The notes under the pieces: model-generated
The model's input: the letters and a program-made list of their open reading frames with translations, nothing else
What the model was told of the DNA's origin: nothing
Databases searched by the model: none
Source: an uncultured delta proteobacterium
GTDB taxonomy: Bacteria > Myxococcota > Myxococcia > Myxococcales > Anaeromyxobacteraceae
Assembly: GCA_963828255.1 (NCBI GenBank)
Contig: CAWHDZ010000008.1
Coordinates: 118,203-182,202, forward strand
Length of the DNA: 64,000 nt
Reading direction: 5' to 3'
Part shown: positions 28,213-38,583 of the stretch, one piece after another
Layout of the letters: each line of letters opens with the position of its first letter
How positions within the stretch are numbered: the stretch's first letter is position 1
Program-made: the position numbers and the translations under genes

Positions 28213-31116
28213 TCACGACGTTTCCGGCAGCGCGAACTTGTCGAGTATCTCCCCCAGCCGGTTCGGCTCCTTGCAGACCATGAAGGCCCAGGTCCCGAAC
28301 CCGCCGTGGTGGTTCACGGCACGCACCCACTTCTCGGCCGCGGTGTACTTGGCGCGGTCCTGCTCCTTTTCCTGGCCCTTGATCTCCACGATGAGCGTGC
28401 TGTCGGGACCGTCAGGCATCGACAGGCGTACGAGGAAGTCGGGGATGTACTTGTGGGTCGCCCCCTCCCACTCGTAGAGGACCTCGAAGTCGAGACGGTC
28501 ATTCTTCACGTACGCTTGGACGCGGTCGTTGTTCTCCAGGTGCCATGCAGCCTGGCCCTCGCCGAACTCCTGACTGTCCAGGACGACGTGGGAGACGTGG
28601 CTCTTCCAGGCTTCCTTGCATGGTTTCACCGTTCGGAACTGGACGTCGCCGGTGGACCCGGTCGGCCGGAACCTCTCGATGCGGGGCAGGATGGGTGCCT
28701 CACCGGCGCTGACGTCGGGCTCGATGGCATCCAGCAACCGTGAAACCACGTGGTCGCGGTACTTCGACAACGCGACCTCCTCCTTGTGGGCTCCCGGAGC
28801 GGTCTCGACTCGACGCTCCAGGTACTCCTCCACGATGCGAAGCACTTGGGGGAAGAGGAGCCTAGCACCCTCCTGGAGCTTCTTGGGAGGCGGCTCCACG
28901 CCCGTCGTGACGTGGCCACCGGCCAGTACCTCGGTGATGTCCCGGGCGATCTCGAACGCGGTCCGTTGGAGCCGGTGCTCCGCGTAGAACTGGTCTCGCG
29001 TGAGTGTCTCCGCCTCGCCGGTGGTCGTCTTCGCCGCCGTCCGGGCTGGGGTCCATCCCATCTTGCTTCGCGTCACGACCTGCGTCGGCTCTATCTGCGG
29101 CTCAACCTTCAGCTCGGGGACCTTGTCCACGTCGCACCTGACCCGAGCGCGCACGTCCACGACGTACCCTTCGACGCGAGGGAAGGTAATCTCGTACCCC
29201 TTCCTCGACGGCAGGGCCTGGACGAGCGTGGAGGGTGGAAGCGTCGTCGGGTCGGCCGGGCGCACTCCCTTCACCGGGATGACCTCGAACGGGACCCCGA
29301 AGATGTCGGCGTACTCCGGTTGCAGCAGGCCCGTCGCCGGGTCCACGTCGTAGTTCATGCGCCGCAGCGCCCGTCCAACGACCTGCTCGCAGAGGAGCTG
29401 TGACGAGAATGCTCGCAGCCCGAGTATCTGGGTCACGTTCTGGGCGTCCCATCCCTCGGTCAGCATGCCCACCGACACGACGGCCCGGACATCCTTGCCC
29501 GGAGGCTCCTGCCCCTCGTAACCCTCGGGCGACTTGTCCCCTGGCCAGTGCGCCTTGCCGACGGTGGCCGTCTTGACGCGGAGCTTCTGGGCGGCGTCCT
29601 CCTTCGTGCCCCCTTCCTCGGCCTCGGCCTGGGCTAGGGCCTTCGAGTCGATGCGGAAGGAGTTGTCACCTGCGAGTTCCTTGATGATGTCCCCTCGTTT
29701 GAGCGATTCCTCGATGAGCTGTGACAGCGTGGTGTTGGCCGCGACCACGATGAGCGCAGGCGGCACCGGGTACTCGCACTTCTCGAAGTAGTCGAGCGTC
29801 TCCTTCCACTTCGCTGCGAGCGTGGCCAGCGCCGGCTGTGCCTCACGCCACACGGACTCCGGCTTCGCCCTCCGCTTCGAGGTCTCGCGCTCGGAGTCGG
29901 GGAGCTTGTCCATGATGTCCCGCCACAGGCGGAAGTACTTGGGGTCGGGACGCCCCGAGTCGTCAAGGACTGGGATGCGCGGGACCTTGCAGATGCCGGC
30001 CTCGATGGCGTCCACGAGCCCGTAGTCCGACACCACCCACGGCAGCGGGTCCCCCTCCGGGTAGCCCGTGCCCTTCAGGTAGAAGGGGGTCGCCGACAGG
30101 TCAACGACCACCTTCACGCCTCGCACTGCGTTGATGCGGTCGAGCCCACCGACCCACACCGTGGCCTCCTCGGCGAACTCCTCGGCCTCTCCCTTCTCCT
30201 CCGGGGCCAGGCCTTCGAGCTCCAGCTGGCCGTCGTCGTCTTCACGCAGCGCGGGCCGGTAGGCGTGATGCGCCTCGTCGTTCAAGACGAGCAACTCACC
30301 GGACTTCCCCAGGTCTCGGTCTAGTACTCGACGCACGAAAGCTGCGTCGCTCTCCCTGCCCTTCTTCACCACGCCCCTCGTGCCGGTGTCATCCTTCACG
30401 CCGAACACGTGCCAGTTGGTGATGTGTACTCGGCCGCGGGCCAGCATGTCGCGGTAGCCCACCGGGACGATGTCGAAGCTCTCGTAGTAGTTGCCCGCGA
30501 GCTGCGGCCGGAGCACCTGGAGGCGCTCCTTGACCGTGAGATTGGGGCACACCACCAGCACTGCGTCGGTGAACCGGCCATCCTGCTTGTTGGCCAGCTT
30601 GTTGAGGATGGACCAGGCCGCCACCATCGCCATCACGGTCGTCTTGCCCGACCCGGTCGCCATCTTGGTGCAGTAACGATGCAGCGCCTTGTAACCCTTC
30701 TTCAGGGACTCCGAGTCCACAGGCGGGTCGCCGGGGACCTCTATGCCCTGCCGGTCCGCTGGCGTGGCCTCCACGAGCCAGATGAGGGTCTCGGCGGCCT
30801 CCCGCTGGGCGAAGAAGAGCGGGCGCCGGTCGGGCCGGTGCCAGTGCTCCAGAAGGTCCCTGGTGACCGGCGTGACCCCGGGCCAGCGCCGTGCTCGCCA
30901 CTCGTCCACCCGGTGACGCAGGTCGTTGACCAGCGGGAGCGGGAAGAACTCGTGCGATGCGAGGGCACCTGACACCTTCTCGGTCCTTGGGACGCCGAAG
31001 TACCCAGCCGCCCTCCGGCCGGAGACGACACGGGGCTCGGGGCCGGAGAAGTCGTAGTGCTGCTTCGGCTCCGAGAAGGGCGGGTTTAGGATGGGGTTCT
31101 CGACGGCGTTCGCCAT
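28213..31116 (-). CDS. res: Type III restriction enzyme Res subunit
   Basis: KMATGSGKT, NDEAHHAY, DLSATP, MLTEGWD, EQVVGRALRR; C-terminal YIPDF...IVEIKG nuclease. Confidence 0.92.
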   Translation of the reverse strand: MANAVENPILNPPFSEPKQHYDFSGPEPRVVSGRRAAGYFGVPRTEKVSGALASHEFFPLPLVNDLRHRVDEWRARRWPGVTPVTRDLLEHWHRPDRRPLFFAQREAAETLIWLVEATPADRQGIEVPGDPPVDSESLKKGYKALHRYCTKMATGSGKTTVMAMVAAWSILNKLANKQDGRFTDAVLVVCPNLTVKERLQVLRPQLAGNYYESFDIVPVGYRDMLARGRVHITNWHVFGVKDDTGTRGVVKKGRESDAAFVRRVLDRDLGKSGELLVLNDEAHHAYRPALREDDDGQLELEGLAPEEKGEAEEFAEEATVWVGGLDRINAVRGVKVVVDLSATPFYLKGTGYPEGDPLPWVVSDYGLVDAIEAGICKVPRIPVLDDSGRPDPKYFRLWRDIMDKLPDSERETSKRRAKPESVWREAQPALATLAAKWKETLDYFEKCEYPVPPALIVVAANTTLSQLIEESLKRGDIIKELAGDNSFRIDSKALAQAEAEEGGTKEDAAQKLRVKTATVGKAHWPGDKSPEGYEGQEPPGKDVRAVVSVGMLTEGWDAQNVTQILGLRAFSSQLLCEQVVGRALRRMNYDVDPATGLLQPEYADIFGVPFEVIPVKGVRPADPTTLPPSTLVQALPSRKGYEITFPRVEGYVVDVRARVRCDVDKVPELKVEPQIEPTQVVTRSKMGWTPARTAAKTTTGEAETLTRDQFYAEHRLQRTAFEIARDITEVLAGGHVTTGVEPPPKKLQEGARLLFPQVLRIVEEYLERRVETAPGAHKEEVALSKYRDHVVSRLLDAIEPDVSAGEAPILPRIERFRPTGSTGDVQFRTVKPCKEAWKSHVSHVVLDSQEFGEGQAAWHLENNDRVQAYVKNDRLDFEVLYEWEGATHKYIPDFLVRLSMPDGPDSTLIVEIKGQEKEQDRAKYTAAEKWVRAVNHHGGFGTWAFMVCKEPNRLGEILDKFALPETS

Positions 31117-31125
31117 GGTGGCTCC

Positions 31126-34059
31126 CTATACCCCGACCACCTTCACCACCTCGTTGCCTCGGTCGTCGATGACCTTCACCGCCACCTTGCCGCCCGGCTT
31201 GAAGGGAATGGACGTCGTGCTGCGAAGCGACTCGAACTTGTCCTCGTCGATGGACCCCTTGAGTGCCTTCTGGAGCTTCTCCCATGGGTTCTTGATCTTC
31301 CCGCTGGGGAAGAAGGCCTGGCCGACGCAGAAGGTTCGCCCGTCGTAGTCCTGGTCCAGGAACCAGGCAGCGACGTTCTCGCCGTCGTCGTGGTTGGTCT
31401 CCCCGGTGACGGGGTCGTAGATGTCGACGCCGGTGAGCGTGACGACGACGTTCCCGTCCTTCTCCTTCTTCACTTTCACATCGGGCAAACCGAACACCGT
31501 GAAGAGCTTGGTGGTCTTGCTGGTCTTCACCAGGTCGCCCACCAGAATGTCTGGCGCGGCGTGGACGAACTGGAACGTGCGGTCGACGGTGCCCTTCTCA
31601 ATCATCCCAAGGGCCTCGGGGTCGCAGGCGAACCCCACGAACAGCACGATGTCGTAGCCCCGAGTCTCGCGGATGGTGTCGAGCACCTGCTTGGGCGTCA
31701 CCGGCGCGTGGCGTGGGCCGAACGACACCGCTACCCTGCGCGGGTCGTCTCCTGCGAAGCCCGTCGCGCTCTCGGCGTGCAACCACTCGAAGGAGGTCTT
31801 CACCGGGCGCAGGTCGGATAGCGGGAGAGACTTGCCGTTCTTGAAGTGGACCCCACCCGACTTCTTGAGCAGGTCAATCATGTAGGCAACGTAGTCGGCA
31901 CCGGCGTCAATCCCGGGAGTGCCGCGTCCGGGTCGCGAGATGTCGTCCTGCCGGGCTGCCGAGTCGAGCTGCGGGATAGCTGACTCGCTTGGGTCCTCCA
32001 TCGACGCCACCGGGATGGCCTCCACCGTGAACGGTCCGGACACACGGACCTTGCCCTTGTCCTCCTCGGGCTGGTCGTAAAGCACTTCCTGCTCGGCCGT
32101 CTCCCGGATGACCTGCTCGCGTTCCTCGTGCGATTGGCAGGAATCGAGCTTCGGGTTCTGTGCGATGGACTTGAGTGTGATGTGGGGGACGGTCTTGTAG
32201 GTGAAGCCGTCCTTCACCTTCTCGGAGCGCAGCCGGTAGTACGGGTACTTGGCGGTGAGAATGCGCTGGCGGGCGATGGCTAGCGCAACGCGCGATGTGT
32301 CGCAAGTGACCCAGCGGCGGCCCCACTGCTCGGCGACGTGAGCGGTCGTGCCTGAGCCGCACGTCGGGTCGAGGACCAGGTCGCCGGGGTCCGTGGTCAT
32401 CAGAATGCACCGGGCGATGACCTTGGCGCTTGTCTGAACGACGTAGACCTTCTGGTCACGGCCGGCAAACGTGCCGCCCATCTGGGTGTCGGTCCACATG
32501 GCGTTCAGCGCGATGACCGGAAAGTCGTCGAAGTAACGCTTGTAGTAGAGACCTGCGCCGTTGGGCGTCGCGCGCCCTGCCCTCACGAGGCGAGCCATCC
32601 CTCCAGGATTCGTCTTCCAGTAGTAGTTCTTGCCAGGAACGTAGGTCTTCCCGTCGACTTCGACTGGATAGTCACCCGGTGGGCGCTGCGAGCGCAGGTC
32701 GCTCAGAGCGAACAGCCGTGCTCCTTGGGGTAAGTCGGCCAAGTCGTCACCGTCGAACCGCTCCCGACGCTGGTCTGCGTACTCGACCCAGTTGTACATT
32801 CCATCCGCGCCATACTCTTTTGCACGGTAGAGCCTACGAAACTTCACGGCCTCACGGCTGCGCGCGTACCAGAGCAGGTGGTCGCCCACGGCCGCTAGTA
32901 GCTCATCCGTCTGCGAGCTGGTGGTCTTGAAGTCGATCTGCCCGCAGTAGTTCTCAGCCCCTAGCACTTCATCCATCAACTCCCGCACATGGTGAAGGTT
33001 CACGTCCGAGATCTGCACGAAGATGCTTCCGCTTTCGTGCAGCAACTCGCGTGCGAGGAGGAGGCGGTCGCGCAGGTAGGTAAGGTAGCTGTGAACGCCC
33101 AGGGTCCAGGTGTCCCGGTACGCCTGAATCTGCTCCGGCTCGCGCGTGAGACTCCCGTCGTCGCCGTCCTTAACGTCTCGCTTTGAGATGAGGGGCTGGA
33201 AGTTGGAGTTGAACCTGACGCCGTAGGGCGGGTCCACGTAGATGCACTGGACCTTGCCCGCCATTTGCTCCCGCTCCAGGAGCGAGTTCATGACCAGCAG
33301 CGAGTCGCCGAGCACCAGGCGGTTCGCCCACCCTACATCGTGGGCGTAGAAGTCGATGGCCTTCGACTCCGGCAGGTCGTCACCACCGAACAGGCTGCGC
33401 TGTGCATCCTCGCGCTTCACGGCCCGCATGATGGCCTGTGTGGAGATGCGTTCGTGGATGTGGAGCGAGACCGTGTCCACCTGGAAGGACGTGTGCTCCG
33501 CCTTGCCGGCCCACTGGAGGTGCGGGTCGAGGTGTGGGTCGTAGCTGTACTTCTTCGTGGGCTGGGGCGGCGGCTTCTCCAAGTCGATGAGTCCGGCAGG
33601 GGGGTTGTTCTTGCGGGTGGCGTCGTGGCGGTAGTCCCCGGTGGGGTCCCCGCCCTTCGAGCGTGTCGCCGCGGGAACTCGGGTCTTCTTCTCCCTGGGT
33701 TCGGGCGCCCTCAACTCGAAGCCCTTGCTGCCCTTCTTCCCGTTGCCGTCAGCCACGTCGCCCCCGTCGCTAGCGTTGCCATCTCCAGTCGCGAGGATGC
33801 GCTGGATGATGGACTCCTTCTCCCGCCCCGAGTCGTCCAGGCCCAACTCTCCACAGATGGCCTTCAACTCGTCCCGGGAGACCTGCCGGAGCACGTCCCC
33901 GAAGGCCACGGTCCTCGACCGCACGATGGCACCGATGTGGGCAACCTGGGTCCGGCCGTCGTCGACCGTGAGGTTCAGCTTCCTGGTGATCGCCGCCAGG
34001 GTGTCCCTCGACAACACTTCGAGCGCCATCCGGCGCCTCTTCGCAGGCAGTTCAGGCAT
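31126..34059 (-). CDS. mod: Type III Mod DNA methyltransferase with N-terminal SAP-like extension
   Basis: NRLVLGDSL, IYVDPPYG, DPTCGSGTT; C-terminal VAVKVIDDRGNE; adjacent to res. Confidence 0.92.
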   Translation of the reverse strand: MPELPAKRRRMALEVLSRDTLAAITRKLNLTVDDGRTQVAHIGAIVRSRTVAFGDVLRQVSRDELKAICGELGLDDSGREKESIIQRILATGDGNASDGGDVADGNGKKGSKGFELRAPEPREKKTRVPAATRSKGGDPTGDYRHDATRKNNPPAGLIDLEKPPPQPTKKYSYDPHLDPHLQWAGKAEHTSFQVDTVSLHIHERISTQAIMRAVKREDAQRSLFGGDDLPESKAIDFYAHDVGWANRLVLGDSLLVMNSLLEREQMAGKVQCIYVDPPYGVRFNSNFQPLISKRDVKDGDDGSLTREPEQIQAYRDTWTLGVHSYLTYLRDRLLLARELLHESGSIFVQISDVNLHHVRELMDEVLGAENYCGQIDFKTTSSQTDELLAAVGDHLLWYARSREAVKFRRLYRAKEYGADGMYNWVEYADQRRERFDGDDLADLPQGARLFALSDLRSQRPPGDYPVEVDGKTYVPGKNYYWKTNPGGMARLVRAGRATPNGAGLYYKRYFDDFPVIALNAMWTDTQMGGTFAGRDQKVYVVQTSAKVIARCILMTTDPGDLVLDPTCGSGTTAHVAEQWGRRWVTCDTSRVALAIARQRILTAKYPYYRLRSEKVKDGFTYKTVPHITLKSIAQNPKLDSCQSHEEREQVIRETAEQEVLYDQPEEDKGKVRVSGPFTVEAIPVASMEDPSESAIPQLDSAARQDDISRPGRGTPGIDAGADYVAYMIDLLKKSGGVHFKNGKSLPLSDLRPVKTSFEWLHAESATGFAGDDPRRVAVSFGPRHAPVTPKQVLDTIRETRGYDIVLFVGFACDPEALGMIEKGTVDRTFQFVHAAPDILVGDLVKTSKTTKLFTVFGLPDVKVKKEKDGNVVVTLTGVDIYDPVTGETNHDDGENVAAWFLDQDYDGRTFCVGQAFFPSGKIKNPWEKLQKALKGSIDEDKFESLRSTTSIPFKPGGKVAVKVIDDRGNEVVKVVGV

Positions 34060-34200
34060 CGCACGGCATCCTACCCGGCCCAACGACAGGGAGTAGACCG
34101 AAGGTACGGGTCGTCGGGGTGAATCTTGATCTGGCTCAGCCCCGATAGGGCCTGTCACCTTGGCGCGGATACATCGACCGGGGTCGGCGTTATTTGACTC

Positions 34201-34962
34201 CTAGCATCGGTCCTGGGCCGGGCCGTCGGGAAACCACTCCGCAACCTGGACGCCGCCTTCCGTGAGCCGCGCCTTGGCGGCATCCACGGCCTCGGCGCAG
34301 ATGTCGCTCCCCTCGAACCGGCGCCCGAGCCGCACAGCCGCGACCCCCACCGACCCCGACCCCATGAACGGATCGATCACCGTCTCGCCAATCTGGGTGC
34401 TCTGCCTGATGAGCACGTCGCTCACCTCCACCGGCTTTTCGGTGGGGTATCCCTTGTAGATCCGCGGGCACTCGATGATGTCCGCGATCCCGAGGTCGTT
34501 GAGCTTCCGCTTGCCCTTCTCGAAGAACAGGACGAACTCGTACCGGGAGCGGTAGTGGTAGCCCATGCCGATCCGTTTCTTGTCCCAGATGAGGGGCTTC
34601 CAGAACTTGAATCCAGCGGCCTCGGCCATCGACTTCGCCACGAAGGCCGTCTCGGGGTCGCAGAACAGGTAGAAGTGCCGGTTCTTACGTAGCACGCGGT
34701 AGATCTCGCGGAACAGCTCCGGGAAGCGGGCGTTGAGGAAGATCGCGAACCAGTCGTTGCTCGACGCCTTGCTGTGCTTGAGCCGTGTCGTGGTCCCGAT
34801 GGCGCGGTGCTTCTCCAGGGACTCGTACGGTGGATCCGTGACAACCAAGTCCACCGACACAGCCGGCATGCCGCGAAGCCACTCGACAGCGTCGAGCTGC
34901 GCGACGCGCGCTGCGGGAATCTGGTCGACCATCTCCGCCCTTGTACCCTTTCGGACCGACAC
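34201..34962 (-). CDS. Orphan N6/N4 DNA methyltransferase (beta class)
   Basis: VDLVVTDPPY, YPTEKP, IDPFMGSGS. Confidence 0.92.
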   Translation of the reverse strand: MSVRKGTRAEMVDQIPAARVAQLDAVEWLRGMPAVSVDLVVTDPPYESLEKHRAIGTTTRLKHSKASSNDWFAIFLNARFPELFREIYRVLRKNRHFYLFCDPETAFVAKSMAEAAGFKFWKPLIWDKKRIGMGYHYRSRYEFVLFFEKGKRKLNDLGIADIIECPRIYKGYPTEKPVEVSDVLIRQSTQIGETVIDPFMGSGSVGVAAVRLGRRFEGSDICAEAVDAAKARLTEGGVQVAEWFPDGPAQDRC

Positions 34963-35220
34963 ATACGCCCGTCAGAATCAGCGGCTTGTAGGCATCACAT
35001 GGTGGCTACTGTCGGCGGGCTCCGAGAACCCCTGGCATGGGGGGCCGGCTGGTGCCTGGTTGAGGGTGTCGTTCGGCCATTTCCTCGTGAATAACGGCAT
35101 AAGGACTAGGTAGGAATCCCTGCCATCGCGCGCCATCTGGCACGCGGTTCATCCCCATCACCGCGGCGTACTCCATCTGGTTCATCGCCAGCGCGGGAGA
35201 TATCCGCATCGAGGTTCTGC

Positions 35221-36198
35221 ATGGCTCACGACATCAACCGCATGATCTACGTCGGCGAGGTGCCCTGGCATGGGCTCGGCGTCCGACTCCCCGCTCGCGC
35301 CACCTACGACGAGATCGTCGAGGCGGCCGGGTTCTACGACGCCGTCGAGCGACCCGTCTTCATCCCGCCGTTCAACTCGCCGATCCCCGACAAGAAGGCG
35401 CTCGTCCGGGGCGACACCGGCGCGTACCTCTCCGTCGTCGGCAAGTCCTACGAGGTCGTCCAGTTCGCCGACGTTGCCCGCACGCTCGTCGAGGCGGCCG
35501 GGGCCGTGAAGGCGGTCTTCACCACCGCCGGCACGCTCGGGCCGGTCGGCATCCGTGGCTGGCTGCTCGGCGAGCTGCCCGATCCCATCAAGGTCCGGGG
35601 CGACGACAGCCCCATCAAGAAGTACGTTCTCGGCTGCGCCGGCCACGACGGCTACACCGCGGTCGTCATCAAGAACGTGGCGACTCGGGTGGTCTGCGCG
35701 AACACCTTGGGTGTGGCGCTCGGCGAGCGTGGTGGCGCCTCCTGGCGCATCCAGCACACCGCGAGCGCCAAGGAGCGGCTGGAGGAGGCCGGCAAGGCGT
35801 TCGCCCGCATCGTCCGGTCCTACGAAACCTTCGGCGACCTGGCCAACGTGATGGCGACGACCCGGTTCACCCCGCAGCAGATGGCGAGCACCGTCGACAA
35901 CATCCTTCCCGTCCCCCAGGACGACAAGGACCACCGCCGGCTGCTCGTGGAGCGCGAGAAGGTCCAGCGCCTCTACGAGACCGCCGTCGGCGTCGAGAAG
36001 CTCCGGGGCACGGCCTGGGGCGGGTTCCAGGCCTGGACCGAGTTCGCCGACCACCACCGGGCGCTCCGGGACACCGGCCGCCAGGACCCGAAGCGGGCCC
36101 GGCTGGAGTCCATCTGGATGGGGCGCTCCGCGGCCATGAAGCAGGCGGCGCTCACGGCCATCGCCCTCCACACGGGCATCCAGCTCGCGGCGGCCTAG
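35221..36198 (+). CDS. DUF932-family phage/plasmid protein
   Basis: MAH...PWHGLG, YEVVQ, TAGTL, HDG, RVVCANTL, GTAWG..QA.TE..DH. Confidence 0.88.
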   Translation: MAHDINRMIYVGEVPWHGLGVRLPARATYDEIVEAAGFYDAVERPVFIPPFNSPIPDKKALVRGDTGAYLSVVGKSYEVVQFADVARTLVEAAGAVKAVFTTAGTLGPVGIRGWLLGELPDPIKVRGDDSPIKKYVLGCAGHDGYTAVVIKNVATRVVCANTLGVALGERGGASWRIQHTASAKERLEEAGKAFARIVRSYETFGDLANVMATTRFTPQQMASTVDNILPVPQDDKDHRRLLVEREKVQRLYETAVGVEKLRGTAWGGFQAWTEFADHHRALRDTGRQDPKRARLESIWMGRSAAMKQAALTAIALHTGIQLAAA

Positions 36199-36834
36199 AT
36201 GCGGCGCCCACCTCCGCTTCACCAGCTCGCCCGTGAGCGAGCAGAGGCCGGGCACCTGCATCACGTTGGGGACGATGACCTTGTTCGGGTGCTGGTGGGG
36301 GCCGACGTCGCCCTCACCACGCCTGTCACGGCCTTGGCCCGCTCGACGCCGTTCGAGCTGGCCGAACAGCTCGGGGTCTCCACGGACCAGGCGACGCGCC
36401 TCGCCTCAGCGTTCGAGCTGGGGCGACGAGGGGCCTGGTCGGCTCCCAGGCGAGGGGTCCGCTGCCTTGACCCGGCCACCGTGGCCGACCTCATGCGCGA
36501 CGTGGCGCACGAGGAGCACGAGGATTTCCACGTCGTGCTCCTGGATGTCCGTGGGCGCCTGCTCGGGCGGCGTCTAGTCTCCCGGGGCAGCCTGACCCAA
36601 TGCCCGGTCTCTCCCCGCGATGTGCTGCGGTGCGCGATACGGGAGGGGGCGCACAGCGTCGTGTACGTCCACAACCATCCGTCGGGCGACCCGTCGCCCA
36701 GCTTCGAGGACGCGGACCTCACCGAGCGACTCCGCTCAGCCGCGGAACTCGTGGGCGTCGTGGCCCGTGACCACGTCATCGTGGCAACGGGCGGCTACTT
36801 CAGCTTCGTCGAGGCGGGAAGGTGGCGAAGGTGA
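36199..36834 (+). CDS. radC: RadC-like JAB-domain protein
   Basis: E.F.V.LLD, SPRDV, VHNHPSGDPSPSFED, DHVIV. Confidence 0.92.
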   Translation: MRRPPPLHQLARERAEAGHLHHVGDDDLVRVLVGADVALTTPVTALARSTPFELAEQLGVSTDQATRLASAFELGRRGAWSAPRRGVRCLDPATVADLMRDVAHEEHEDFHVVLLDVRGRLLGRRLVSRGSLTQCPVSPRDVLRCAIREGAHSVVYVHNHPSGDPSPSFEDADLTERLRSAAELVGVVARDHVIVATGGYFSFVEAGRWRR

Positions 36835-36932
36835 CCGTGCTGGAATCGTGTGTCTGGCGATGTCTACGGTCCTACCCACACGGTGGGACCACCGGTACGC
36901 TCCAAGTCACGACGTCGAGGAGGGAAAACCGC

Positions 36933-37502
36933 ATGGCCGTTCTCGTAGAAGCAATCACGGTAGTCATCCGGCGCGAGGCGCTCGATGCCAAGTACCCCGG
37001 TGGTTTCACGGCGTTCAAGCAGCAGGCGCCGTTCCTCGCGTTGAGAGACACCTTCGTTACCGACGGAGAGCTCGTCGGCCTCGGCTTCATGAACCCCGTT
37101 GACGTCCGATGCTTCTGCGACGATATGGCGCGAGTCGGCTTCAGCCCCCCCGGGGATCCCGTTGACCTTGTCGTCGTCGACCAGTACGCGGGGCCGACGG
37201 TGCCCTGCGAATGGATCGAGGGCCGAGCCATCGTGTTCGAAGAGGGTGGCGAGGTAACGGCGGTGCGCCTTGTCGGCGGGAATGTCACGACCCTCTTCGT
37301 CCCGGAGGGATGGAGCTATCCAGACTCCCTGACTGCGCACCACGAGTACGTCCCGCTCGACCATGTGGACGAGCGGGCGGTATTCGTCCGAGTCGAAGGT
37401 GCCCTCGAAGTGTGGCGCGACAGGGCGACGGGCGAGGAGCGGTACATCGAGCGCCCGGTCCCGGCCGACGACGGGTACGCGATTCCCAAGGCGCTGGCCT
37501 AG
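36933..37502 (+). CDS. Hypothetical protein
   Basis: GAGGAGG RBS; MAVLVEAITVVIR...DGEL..GFMNP.D. Confidence 0.7.
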   Translation: MAVLVEAITVVIRREALDAKYPGGFTAFKQQAPFLALRDTFVTDGELVGLGFMNPVDVRCFCDDMARVGFSPPGDPVDLVVVDQYAGPTVPCEWIEGRAIVFEEGGEVTAVRLVGGNVTTLFVPEGWSYPDSLTAHHEYVPLDHVDERAVFVRVEGALEVWRDRATGEERYIERPVPADDGYAIPKALA

Positions 37503-37574
37503 CCCCAATCCGCATCGGCCGCCGCCGCTCCTCCGGACCCCTTCTCGGCGAGCTCGCCGGAACGGAGGAGCAAC

Positions 37575-37685
37575 GTGCTGCCCGTCGGTCTCCTGAGTCG
37601 GGTCCTGCTGAAGAAGGTCATCATCGCCGCGCTTGTGGCGGCGGCGGAGGTCGTCATCTTGAGCGCGGGAAAGCGCAAGCGGTAG
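37575..37685 (+). CDS. Small 36-aa hydrophobic peptide
   Basis: GGAGGAG RBS, GTG start: MLPVGLLSRVLLKKVIIAALVAAAEVVILSAGKRKR; below the ORF track cutoff. Confidence 0.55.
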   Translation: MLPVGLLSRVLLKKVIIAALVAAAEVVILSAGKRKR

Positions 37686-37825
37686 TCGAGGGGCGCGTCG
37701 TCATCACGGGGCGCGCCCCGTAGTTCTCCCAGCACAACCAGCAGTTCAACCAGGCAGGGCCCCAGCTCCACGCGAGCTTAGGGCCCTTGCCATTCATGGG
37801 CGCGTCCGCGCCCGAGGAGAGCAGC

Positions 37826-38581
37826 ATGACCCCCGAGGCGAAGAAGAAGCTGTACCAGCAGCTCGCGCAGCCATTCCCGGAGGAGGCCATCGAGCGCACC
37901 GACGGCCGCCAGACCGGGCGGGGCTACTCGACCACCGGCATCAAGGCGCAGTTCATCATCAACAGGTTGAACGAGACGCTCGGCATCGGCGGCTGGCGCA
38001 CCCACCGCACGATCACGGTGAAGGAGCTCACCACCAACTCCGGTCGCAAGGCCTACGAGGCGGTGTGCGACCTCGTGCTGGAGCTGGGTGAGTGGACCGA
38101 CGGGGCGTTCGTCCCGTGCGCCGAGGCGCTAGCGGACGGCGGCCACATCTCGGTGTCCGAGGCCGACGCGAGGAAGGGCAGCTTCAGCAACGCGCTGAAG
38201 AAGGCTGCGGCGGCGTTCGGTGCCGGTTGGCAGGCTTACGCCGGGACCATCGACGACGACAACGTGCCGACCGACTCCCCGGTCCAGCCCGAGCATCAGC
38301 CGGTCTCCGCCGGGCCCACGCGGACGGTGACGACCACGCCGGTCACGCCGGCTCCGCCCAGGAACCGGCTCAGCTCGAAGCAGTTGGGCGCCATCCAGGC
38401 CATCGGTCGGAAGCTGGGGCTCGACCACACCGGGCTCCGCGCCGTGGCGAAGCAGCGGTACGGCGTGGTCCCCGAGCACCTGACGAAGGCGCAGGCGAGC
38501 GAGTTCATCGGCTCGCTGTCGGCGCAGGCGAACGGGAACGGGCACGACCACGACGACCAGGTCGACGAGATGGGGGCCTAG
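37826..38581 (+). CDS. Rad52/Rad22-family single-strand annealing protein
   Basis: GAGGAG RBS; LAQPFPEEAIE...IINRLNETLG.GGW...KGSFSNALKKAAAAFG; C-terminal helical motif LSSKQ...LTKAQASEFI. Confidence 0.82.
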   Translation: MTPEAKKKLYQQLAQPFPEEAIERTDGRQTGRGYSTTGIKAQFIINRLNETLGIGGWRTHRTITVKELTTNSGRKAYEAVCDLVLELGEWTDGAFVPCAEALADGGHISVSEADARKGSFSNALKKAAAAFGAGWQAYAGTIDDDNVPTDSPVQPEHQPVSAGPTRTVTTTPVTPAPPRNRLSSKQLGAIQAIGRKLGLDHTGLRAVAKQRYGVVPEHLTKAQASEFIGSLSAQANGNGHDHDDQVDEMGA

Positions 38582-38583
38582 CC

